A stretch of 64,000 nucleotides of DNA, from contig CM106586.1 in the NCBI GenBank assembly GCA_048013815.1, forward strand, positions 2,604,001 to 2,668,000. The letters run 5' to 3'. This document shows, piece by piece, positions 48,828-59,733 of this stretch. The notes under the pieces were generated by a model that searched no databases, was not told the DNA's origin, and worked only from the letters and a program-made list of their open reading frames with translations. Source of the DNA: Setoptus koraiensis (lineage: Eukaryota > Animalia > Arthropoda). A program made the translations under genes and the position numbers. Positions within the stretch are counted from its first letter, which is position 1, and each line of letters begins with the position of its first letter.

Positions 48828-50177
48828 ATGAACGCGTGTAGAAAATTCAGAAAACCGGCATGGAAAAATTATCACAAGGTGCAAAATCCTGACCTTATCA
48901 AGGATATGCCAACCAATGACTACAATGGCGAAGATGCTAAACAGAAACGATCTAGACTCATTCACGTCTGCGGACTAGGTATATATGGGGCCCTTGGAAT
49001 GAAAAAGTTTTATAATTTTGATTCTAGTCTCGATGAAACAGCTCAATCAACACATGCCACCGTTCCGACGCCCCAAAGGCTTAGAGCATTTCGCCCATCT
49101 CATCAAATCAGGGACATAGCTTGTGGATACGGCTTCACTGTGATCGCTGCCTCAGCTGATGACACATCTCACACCGTATTTGGTTTTGGTTTGAATAATT
49201 TTTCCCAAATTGGATATCATGCAATGAAACCCAACTGTCCACTAGAAGTTATTACTGCTGCATCACCTATACATATCAACACCAAGTTCCCCATAGAAAA
49301 GGTAGCTTGTGGCCGGTCTCACAGTGTACTTGTCAACGAAGATCAAGAAGTATTTACGCTGGGTGACAACTCATTCGGTCAATGTGGACGTAAAATCAAA
49401 GAAGATGAGGAATATTTTGGCAGCCAAATGATAACTAGTCTGAATGACGTCTTGCCTAGGTCTGTCGCCCAAGTTGTTTGTGGTCAAGATCACACTTTTT
49501 TCCTGACCAAAGATGGACACCTATACTCGTGTGGCTGGGGAGCAGATGGGCAAACTGGTTTAGGTCATTACAACAATCAAGATAAACCAGCCCTAGTGAA
49601 AGGTGATATTCATAAAGAAAAAATTGTCAAAATCTCATCGGCCAGTGATACAGTTCTAGCAATCAATGAAAAAGGCGACCTCTTTGGATGGGGAAACTCC
49701 GAGTATGCTCAATTCCGTAGGATCTTGGGACTGAACGATGCACAGTTCAACGTTCCCAGACACCTCAAGCTGCGAAACGTTCCCGGAAAGATAGTTGACA
49801 TAGCTGCCGGAGGAACTATGTGCTCTTTGTTGACTGACTCAGGGCATGTGTATGTTTGGGGTTTCGGAATTCTAGGAATGGGCCCCAAGGTCGATCTTAT
49901 AGATAAACCAGCAAAAATTGCTGAGACATTGTTCGGCCAGAATGTCTTAAGCCATGATGTTAAGGTGGACAAAATATACGCTAATCTTTCACACTTCGCC
50001 GCCATCACCAACTTGGGGGATCTCTATATGTGGGGCAAAAACAGGCACGGTTGTCTGGGTTTCGCGCACCGAAACGATCAATATTTTCCTTGGAGGGTGG
50101 ACATACCTGCAGTTCAGGTTCTAAAAGTTGCATTGGGTGTAGATCACACATGTATTCTATCGAAACCGAAATTCTAA
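48828..50177 (+). CDS. RCC1L: RCC1-like G exchanging factor-like protein (WBSCR16, mitochondrial), 449 aa, intronless
   Basis: RCC1 blades (IACGYGFTV, VACGRSHSV..GDNSFGQCG, VVCGQDHT..CGWGADGQTGLG, FGWGNSEYAQ, VYVWGFGILGMGP, WGKNRHGCLG, VALGVDHTC) in the RCC1L order. Confidence 0.92.
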   Translation: MNACRKFRKPAWKNYHKVQNPDLIKDMPTNDYNGEDAKQKRSRLIHVCGLGIYGALGMKKFYNFDSSLDETAQSTHATVPTPQRLRAFRPSHQIRDIACGYGFTVIAASADDTSHTVFGFGLNNFSQIGYHAMKPNCPLEVITAASPIHINTKFPIEKVACGRSHSVLVNEDQEVFTLGDNSFGQCGRKIKEDEEYFGSQMITSLNDVLPRSVAQVVCGQDHTFFLTKDGHLYSCGWGADGQTGLGHYNNQDKPALVKGDIHKEKIVKISSASDTVLAINEKGDLFGWGNSEYAQFRRILGLNDAQFNVPRHLKLRNVPGKIVDIAAGGTMCSLLTDSGHVYVWGFGILGMGPKVDLIDKPAKIAETLFGQNVLSHDVKVDKIYANLSHFAAITNLGDLYMWGKNRHGCLGFAHRNDQYFPWRVDIPAVQVLKVALGVDHTCILSKPKF

Positions 50178-50316
50178 AGAAATGACAGGTGCTTATTTAT
50201 TTATGATTGTCAACTTTGCTTGATCCATCCGTCGATACGGTTGTGGATATTGAAATTTTTTACATTTGTATTAAATAAATAATTGTTATGTCTTGGCAAT
50301 AGGTTCGTGATATGAA
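50131..50316 (+). repeat. RCC1L 3' end (last ~15 codons plus 3'UTR), copy A of a direct repeat (copy B at 56646-56869)
   Basis: Manual alignment gives ~88-90% identity outside a 39-nt insertion in copy B. Confidence 0.93.
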
Positions 50317-51447
50317 AGCTTCTTCCAATTCACATCAGGACGTTCAGACGGCCACCCTATCAACTGTTACACAATTCAAAGCGATGCAATACAGTAAAGC
50401 TAGCTTAAACGGTAGAGGCAGGGATATAGGTGGTAACAAAAAGAGGGGTAGGTATAAACACAGCAGCACATCGTGCACAGTGGTGTGTGTGTGTTGCCGC
50501 AAATTCCATCTTCTTATATTCTATCCGAACGAGATTCGTTCGTCTGTCTTAAGTGCAGCCTTTGACTATGTGTTTGACTGTCTATTGGTCGACCGTCGTG
50601 TCGTCGTGGTCATTCTCGATGGCCCGGATCGTCGCACAGACAATCTCATAAGAAAACAGTCGTCACAATTTTTTCATTTATACTATATCATCACCTAACA
50701 CCCTCATTATTGTTACCATCGCAGCAACTACAACTATTAATACAATCATCATTATTATCATCATCATCACTATTATCGTCTCTACTGTACGATCAATAAC
50801 AGCGCTTAAATAATTAAAACATTATTGTATCTTGTTAGTCTCGCTCATTTATTGCCTTGTTGTTGTTGTTGTTGCTGTTGCTGCTGCTGTTCTGTACCTC
50901 TATAAACATTCAACCGATACACACATCAGATATTTACATTTAGATGACAAGATTATTATTTTCTGACGACTATTTATACTTCAATATAGATAGATTTTTA
51001 TCATGTCCGCATTTGGCCACCCAAACTAGCCGACTTGTTTTTCTCTCCTAATCCATAATCAGCATAAAGAAGCATACACACACCAACACACTCGCACACA
51101 TACAAGTTGTATGATACAACGGATTTGATTTGAGAACAGATACTCACGCCATATTGCAAACGACTCAGGGTGGTGAGTCCGACACTGTTAATATATGTTG
51201 GACGCACCATATTAGCGAAAACATGCGAGAGGATTGAACAAAAAAAGAGGAGGAAAACGAGACTGAAATGGTAAATCACCAAATGGACCATCCACATTAC
51301 TTCTGATACTCACCTGAACATATTGAAAAATAGAAAGAGTCGCAAGGTGTGAACAAATCACGATATTAATAATATAATATTAACTACTACAGATGCATCA
51401 AAAAGCATTTTTCAGCACTAGTCCCTACTTATGCAATCCCCATTATA

Positions 51448-54400
51448 ATGGACAGAGGCGAAAAAGTGGCATACTACTACTCTGAGCTTGGTCGAAAAGA
51501 AGCTCTGCAAGATCACACTAGACCAATCGATCAGATAGATCACAACCAGAAAAACGAAATGAATAGTACAGAAAATAACAACCAGATTAAACCGAATGAA
51601 CATGAAGCTCAATACCCTAGCCAAAATCAGCAACAGTTACAAACCAGTCAAACTCAGTTCAATCACAGTACAAATCAAGATGATGCCTCCAAACAGTTAC
51701 ATCAGCAAAATAAGCTAGTTAACTCATTGGTGAATCAGATTTCACCCTCTAGCAAAGGAACAATTGTTACTACTTCTCAGCCACAATATTTGATTACTAA
51801 TAGCAACTCTCAGCAGCTGACAAATCTGACTCCGCAACAACAACAACAACTAGCACATCAATACAATCAAAGTACCTTTCAAAATAAGCTATTGTCCAAT
51901 TATCATATCAACTCAAATCATCAGCTCTATCATACTGGCTTAGCTAACAACAACGTCAACTCACAACAATTTCACTGCCAACAACAAGTCCCATCTATTG
52001 AACATCAACAGACTCAAAATCAGAACCTCCGACCATCAGTATTAACCGTCCAACAAGCTCAACAAATTGCCGATCAGGAACAGCAAAGGAGACAGTTAGT
52101 TGCTCTCAACCTCAAACAATCTGTCGGCGCTCCGCCTCAGGGAGGATCTTTGTCGCCGAGTGAGCTAGCCAAACTTCGCCGTAAATCGGAGCCTGTTATG
52201 CTCGGTCTAACGAGTGAAATTCCCCTAGACAACCTAAATTTAGATTTTGAAACGATGCTTATGAATGATGGCCAGACGATGATGACGAACATAAATCCTC
52301 ATCAAAACGTTAATGGAGAAGGTAACAAGGTTATGAAGGGTATTGTCAATCACAATCCACATGCTACTAATAATCTTTCCCTGTCCGATAGGGCATCTGG
52401 TAAACTCGTCAATAATGGTTCAAGCAGCAACTCAGATTATGAACAATCTGCACAAATCACTCATCAACATAGTCACTCTGCCAACTCTAAAGATGGTATT
52501 TATGCGGGACATAATCGCTCTCAGGACGACATGAATATCTATGAAGATATAGATAATGCAACATTAGCAAATCTTCAGGCGAACTTGCATCTGGGATATC
52601 CGGGCAACTTCTATGGAGACACAATGAGCTTACATAGTGAAAACTGGAAAAAGAAAAATGCCAAAAGATTTCTTAGCTCCAGTTTTACAAGATGGTTTAG
52701 CACGAGAAAGAAAACATCAATCAACTCTCATTCATCCGACATGGAAGACAATCCTTATATTGGCTCTAGATTGACAAGAAAGCCAAGACACATCATCATG
52801 CCAGTGATTAGCGAGGAACGTCTGAAGACTTATTCAACAGATCAATATAGAAGAAGACGTATTGTGGAATCTATCGTTGAATCGGAGAATTCATACCTCA
52901 ATTCTTTGCACAGGCTCATCCACGAGTATAAAAAACCACTAGAAGAGGCAACTCCATCTATTTTAAGTGCAAATAAGATAGATGTTATATTTTTCAACCT
53001 TGAGAAAATTTCTCAGCTTCACACCATATTTAGCTTGAAATTGGACGAGTTTGTTCAAAATTGGGATGAAAAAGAAAGAATTGGCGACGTTTTTGCATCA
53101 AGTTTTTCCGGTCCCCTGGTTTTAGAAACATACTCGAACTTCATCAACAACTTTACAAATGCAATGGAAACTGCCAGAAGAGCTTCGAAATCCAAAGCCT
53201 TCGCACAATTCTTGCACGACAAATCTATCTCTAGTCCAGACAGATTGAGCTTATTTGGATCAATGGTGAAGCCTGTCCAGAGATTTCCTCAATTCATCCT
53301 TTTTCTCAACGAATTATTGAAGCATACTCCACGCGATCACCCGGATAGAATGTCCCTTCAGACCGCTTTAACGGAACTGGAATCATTAGCTGATAAACTC
53401 AATGAACGAAAGAGAGATGCAGAAAGGCACTTTGCGGTAAAACAGTTGCTCAAAGATTATCTCAATGATTCGAATAGTCACTCTCAGCGAACACTATTGC
53501 GTCAAGACGATATATGCCTTTTAGATATGAATCCCAACTCAAATATGGTTTTGAAGAGTAAAAATCGAAAGTTGTACTTGCTCAATGACATGCTCATATG
53601 TGTCAGTATACCGTCAAATAGATTAAAATTCGCTGTATCTTTATGTGATATTGACGTTGTAGAAGATATAACACCAGCAGCGAGCAATCTTTTGGCGCAC
53701 TCGAATGCTCTAAGAAGCGTTAAGGATAATGCTATGACACCCCAGTCTTCTCACAACTATTCAATTGAACGAATGGAATGCGATCGACAAAGTTTGGTTC
53801 ATGATTTAGATTTAATGACAAGGATATCAGCTATGGTGGCATCTCTCAGATTTCAATACAATGGACTCCCTCTCACCTTGCCTGATCAAATCTGCATGGG
53901 CATCAGAGAAGAGATTAGGATCAAAGAATTTCAGATTACTATGATTGATAGAAGTTGTTTGCAACTGCGAATAAGAGCCAAAAATCACAAAGAAACCATT
54001 TGCGTCCAATTTAAGAATCCAGAGCCCAAACGTGACTGGTTAATAGATATGAGATTGACCAAACTGGCGCTCGATACCAACAATAATCCTGGTTGGAAGA
54101 ATGTGAATGATAATCCTGCTGTACCATACCAAGCTTCCTTGAACGCTTTTGGTCATAACAGGGTTCCGTTGTTTGTCAAGTCACTCGCAGTTTTCGGCAC
54201 GTCTAAACAGAGTCAACTAACATGCGCCCTTCATTATTATTTCAGACAAACCCCGTTCTTAGGAGAAAATCCAGCTGGTGTTTTATGGATCTGCAATGTC
54301 AATAGAGAAGCTTCATCTTTGGGGGCACTAGCCACAAACGGAGCCGAATTGAGCTTAATTCATTCATACGAGCTATCCGATTCACACGTGACTTGTCTTG

Positions 54401-56060
54401 AATCTGTTGGTTCCACGTTATGGATAGGTCTTCGTCAAGGGCGCATCATAGTAATAGACGCTAACTCTCCGGGGGAGTGGGTACAATTCAACTCTCTGGA
54501 TGTGCATTACGAAGTAACCTGCATAAGATATTTTGGCCATTTTGTGTATGTGGGTCTGATCAGTGGAGTCGTTGCCATTTACGACGCTGTGAATTTTGGT
54601 CAACCTTTATTGATACCATTGACTGAGTCACCGGTAACTTGCCTACTTCCTATTAATGAGCGTATATTTGCTTGCTCTCATAAAAAAGTGTGGATAATCA
54701 AGGGCACTGATGTTGTTGAAAATTTTCCAATGCAAAGCGAATGTGATGAAATAATTACTACTTTGGAAGAGGAACCGCGTCCAAACTTATTAGCACATTG
54801 TGGAAGTGGTTTATGGGTCAGCTTAATTGATTCACCTGTCGTTAAGCTATATCACGCCGAAACTTTGAAACATATGCGCGACATCAACATTGGAGATAGT
54901 ATTCGTAAAATATTGACTGATACTACCGAAGAGTTTAAGATCACTGTAACTTCCATGTTAGCCACTCGCGGTCTACTATGGATCGGAACAAATGTTGGTA
55001 TTGTTGCAACGTTGATGTTACCCAGACTTCAAGGTGTACCAGTAGCATCGGGCGGCATAGATATTGCTTTGCACAGATTTTTGGGGCCCGTAAACTTGCT
55101 TCTAAATCTATCATCGGGTGCTGACTGTGTTCCACAACTTCCAATCAACGCACGCAACTCGCAAGTCAATCCATCACGTCACGCGAACATAATAGAAAAG
55201 AATGAAGAAATGCAAATCTACGGTCAATATGCCGACCTGATGAACGTCAACGACTACATATCGGCGAGGTCTAGTAAACCAGGTTCAACAGACGTTGCTT
55301 CACCAAATAATTGGGATTTTCCAATGAATATCTCAAGCATGAACGTGTCAGATGATTCAACATCGACAGCATCGAGTGGTGCTATTTACCAACAACAGGA
55401 CGGCGGCGGCTTGATCAGGGTTCAGAGACAATCCGGTCAACCACCTCTGAAAACGAATCCAGAGGGCCCCATCCAGCAACAGCAATCCACAATGTCCCAA
55501 CAAGGCGTAGTTAAACAGCAATCTTTAGAATCAAACAATCTACAGCAAGTACCATACAAACCCCCTGACACCAATCACATTTATGAATGTACAACATCGT
55601 TGTATAATCAACAACAACAACAAAATCAAGGTGGAATTTCTGTAGCTCCCCAGGACTCTACTCAGATTACTCAAACTCAAGCCAACTATGAAACGCACCA
55701 GACCGCCGTTCCTGCTAAGATTTACGATCGGCCTCAACTCCAACAACATCTCATGCAAGCTCGAGCTCAAATCAACTCAACTTCCAGAAATCCTTACAGT
55801 CAGGCAACATATGGAATGGTTGGAAAGAATCCTACATTTCTCAACAATAAAACTGCACTGGTTTTAGCTGGAGGGAATGGTTAGTTATTATAAGGTGTCA
55901 CTCTATGGTTTACTTGAATGTACAACATAGGTTAACTGTATTTTATCCTTTTCTTTTCCTTAAATATTCTTGACAACATTCAGGTTATCAACGTCTTGTA
56001 TACGGAGACACATTTTCGCAAAATGCCGCCCACTGTATAATCTGGGAGCACAAATTATGA
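51448..56060 (+). CDS. ARHGEF10: ARHGEF10/10L-like Rho guanine nucleotide exchange factor (DH-PH plus WD-like propeller); exons 51448-55879 and 55984-56060
   Basis: DH domain RRRIVESIVESENSYLNSL...MVKPVQRFPQFILFLNELLKHTPRDHPDRMSLQ..LTELESLADKLNERKR; propeller region LWIGTNVG. A 104-bp intron (G|gttagt...ttcag) restores the family-type ending VLAGGNGYQRL...HCIIWEHKL*. Confidence 0.88.
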
Positions 56061-56645
56061 TGGTTTGCAAATTAGACGTAAATAGATAATTGTTAAACTA
56101 CTTTTTTAATTAATGCCTTCATTTTTGGTGTCAGAATTCATTTTCGAAGGAAACTCTTCTCCAGATGTTTCCAGCGAGCCACTACTTCAAATGAATGATA
56201 TGATATATCAAGACAACAAAACAGCGGACTTCAGAAAAACAAGTCCCGCCATAACTAAATCTCAGAAAGAGCTGTAGGACTACTTTTATTTTCTCATTGA
56301 TTGATACCACCGATGGGAGGCTTACATCATTTGCTAAGTCAAGTTTGTTCTATTCACATATTCCCAAAGGTCTCCTCTAACTTTTACTACATTATTATCA
56401 AAGTGTATAGACTCACATTAAATCACATCAGCATATATCCTAAGACCGATTGTTTCAGATATATATTTGTCTCGTTGTCTGCTCGACAAATTTCACGAAT
56501 CTTTTCGCGATAGGAAGCTGCCTCTATCACTTTCTTAAACAATACCACAGCAATCGCAACGGAATTTTGTATACGTTCACAAAAGAAGTTACTTCATTGT
56601 GGCAGTATTAAACTATTCAACCATAACAAACAAGTAGAAAAAATT

Positions 56646-56869
56646 CATTAGGTGCAGATCACACATGTATTCTATCAAAACCAAAATACTTAAGAAATGT
56701 CTTTAGTCAAGTTGGTCAAGTAAATTTAATCGTCCGTGATAGGTGCTTATTTATTTATGATTTTCAACTTTTTTTGATCCGTCCATCGATACGGTTGTGG
56801 ATATTGAATATTTTACATTTGTATTGAATAAATAATTGTCATGTCTTGGCAATAGGTTCGTGATATGAA
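56646..56869 (+). pseudogene. Non-coding duplicated fragment of the RCC1L 3' end (LGADHTCILSKPK plus UTR) with a 39-nt insertion
   Basis: Homologous to 50131-50316; frame closed by a TAA at 56624-56626; retains an AATAAA. Confidence 0.85.
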
Positions 56870-57104
56870 CGCGTCACGATAATCTATCGTTGAGTCGAAA
56901 GGAAAATAAATCTGCTACTCCGAGAAATGACCAATGTAAACTTGGATTCAGGGAAGCATAGATGTTCGCATATTAGAATAACAAGCCTTGAATGATTAGT
57001 GTGAATAATATTAGTCTAACATTTGTAAGAGGTAGAATCAGCAGGTGCAGTTTTACTCACCCCTATCTATCTGGCACACTTATATCAATCATCTCTTCCG
57101 ATCA

Positions 57105-57698
57105 TTAGCAACTGTCTGATATTTTGCACCAGATCTGCTGGAACACATTTTTGTTTTCATTTTGGTTGTTCACTTTGTTGTTGGCAGCTTGTTGTTTCTT
57201 CATCTCAACAAATCTTCTTAGTGGCTCGCCATAGATTTTACGAACAACTGTATCTGCCTCAACAAGTTTCTCTAAACGCGGTAGATCCTCGTCGTTAATG
57301 GGTAACTTGAACGGTTCATCGTCAACTCTAGCAAGCTGTAAAACTTCTTCTCTTGAAAGCATTTTGTACAGTTCAGTCAGACTGGAATCCTCAACGAACA
57401 GTTTGTTCTTTGGATGACTCCTGTAAAGATTTCTGATGTCCTGGACAAAATTATTGACTTCATCAAATGATTTGGGTCCTTCGTGTTGTTCTAGTAACAA
57501 CTTGATCTGGCCAGTAGTCTTTTTATCAGCCTCCGAAAAGACATCAGATGGTTGATTGGCTGGATTTTGCTGTTGTGCTTGATGATTATTGGCCGCAGCA
57601 ATTGGATCTGCTCTTACAATTATGGTCAAAAGTATAGATTGGACAATAATAGTGGCAGCTATGCAACAGGCTGAATTTTGGAGGTATTTAGTATTCAT
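57105..57698 (-). CDS. Orphan secreted protein, 197 aa, intronless
   Basis: Signal-peptide-like N-terminus (CCIAATIIVQSILLTIIVRA-DP), charged helical body, C-terminal WCKISDSC; no family recognised. Confidence 0.8.
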   Translation of the reverse strand: MNTKYLQNSACCIAATIIVQSILLTIIVRADPIAAANNHQAQQQNPANQPSDVFSEADKKTTGQIKLLLEQHEGPKSFDEVNNFVQDIRNLYRSHPKNKLFVEDSSLTELYKMLSREEVLQLARVDDEPFKLPINDEDLPRLEKLVEADTVVRKIYGEPLRRFVEMKKQQAANNKVNNQNENKNVFQQIWCKISDSC

Positions 57699-58684
57699 CT
57701 TAAATGTTTTATTATTAGTAATGATATTCGTTTTTCTGTTGTTGTCAATTATATTTTAGAACAGATTATTAACTATGTTAAATTTATTTTGTAAATAGCG
57801 TGGAAATAGAAATAATTTAGTTGTCACTAGTTTAAATGTAAAGTATCAATGATTCAGGAATGTGAGTATTGTTTGTTGATGGTTCGCGCTCGTAAGGTAA
57901 AATTGGTATTTGCTCGGCATTCCACTACATAGTAGCACTATGCCACTAGCTGAGAGTTGTCGCTGTTGCCGTTGTTGTCGCTTCTTTCGCGTACTAGTTG
58001 AATCAAATATATCGTTAGAAAATTTCTGACCACCATTACTGACTCATAGGATTTTACCATCTCTGTCCGTCTCTCGCTCTGTCTCTTCTATGTGGCATGG
58101 CACAAATCACTTGAAAACTGCTACACCAACCAACCTGTTTTGCGCGAAATGAAGTCTCTTTTCCTTTTAAATAAGGCCACTTGTAAGATAAGGGACATGT
58201 GATAATAATTTTAAAGATGAAAGCTTTATCGAATTCTATACCTCAACACTTAGACACACATTATCTGATTTTATTTCTTTTCTCGATTCCGTAGAAAATA
58301 TACCGGGTTTTTGATTATTACATTCATTCACGACAACAAACTAGCTATCTTATCTGATATCGACCGGTCTTCCAAACATATAGATTCAGTTTGACCTAGC
58401 CTCATATTTGTATCCCAAATCAACCAGCATTCGTCAGTTTGAATCTGAAACGATACTCAATTATAGAGAAGAATTTTATCTAAGTTGAAAATCTCAGTCT
58501 TAATACGTCATCGTGGTACATTATCAGGGCAGTGTTCGTCTCCGCGAGCATAAGACCCCTGCAAGACCGAATCAACGTCTGTTTTTATTAAAAGTTTTGA
58601 TGTATTAACTGTAATTGACTCGCTAGTTCGGTTTACTGAATCGTCTTACGTTATGACCTGTAGACGAGTCTGTTGACATTTTCT

Positions 58685-58718
<34 letters not shown>

Positions 58719-59733
58719 ACAAGATGCCTAGTGTGCCTATTCGGCATAAATTCTGAGCCATTAATAGTTACATGAAAACTCAACCAGATGTAACCACTGT
58801 AGTGATGTAATCGACGACGCTATACGTAATGAACCAAAAGTCAGTCAACTAATGCGCTTAAGAGTGTAGCATAGAGCGTAGTAGAATAGGCGAGGCCACA
58901 TACTTAATTTAGAGTGTTTTGATAGATAATCGTGGTTTATCACTATCATCTATAGAATTCAAAAAATTACACTATATCAATTGAGTGATCTACACTAGTG
59001 GACAGTATGTTCGTGAACTGTCTCTTTGAAATCTCCGTTTATTCATTAACTATGTTCAAGTGGATGTATTTACAACTAATCACAGTAGACGAGTCCAAGC
59101 TAATTTCGAATACAGTGAGATGAACTATCCTGAGGTTGCCAACTGCATTGATTTTTCGACAAATCTATAAGGATTTGTTACTGTTTGTATTATTGTCCTC
59201 AAGATTAAGCCTGCCACAACGACGAGGTTTCAAGCGAGTGAAATAATGACGAGACTTGCGACCAACGAGAGTAGTCGAATGGTAAACAGCGGAATGTTTT
59301 TTCTTTCGATAGAATTCCAGTAAACTCTTATGCAAGACAGGGTATGGTCTTCTTGTTACTTTAGCCGGCCTTGCCAATCAATGGGAATCTTGTTCATGAA
59401 TCGTTAGGACTTATGTTGTAAGCTGCACTGTAGCATTGCGAACTGATGGTGCCCGGTACAATTGAGTTATTCTAGTGGACGTTCGCGAGCAACTGACCGT
59501 ATTGTTGGAAAGAAACCTCAAGAAAAATACTACCCATCCAGTGAATATCTAAAAAATAGCCCGAAAATAACCTTACGTAGGCTATACGACTTGGCTGAAC
59601 AGGACCACTCAGAATAAGAAAAAAATGAAAACTGTCTAACTTTACTATGTTTACGTTCTTTCGTCGTTTTGCTTTTTTGGGTCGCGCACAACGTCAAACA
59701 AATATTGCCATAATTTTCCTAGTATTCGAGTTT

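Noticed and set aside
59165-59377. 70-aa basic ORF between the two secreted genes
   Set aside because: No recognisable domain or transposon hallmark; too short to support.
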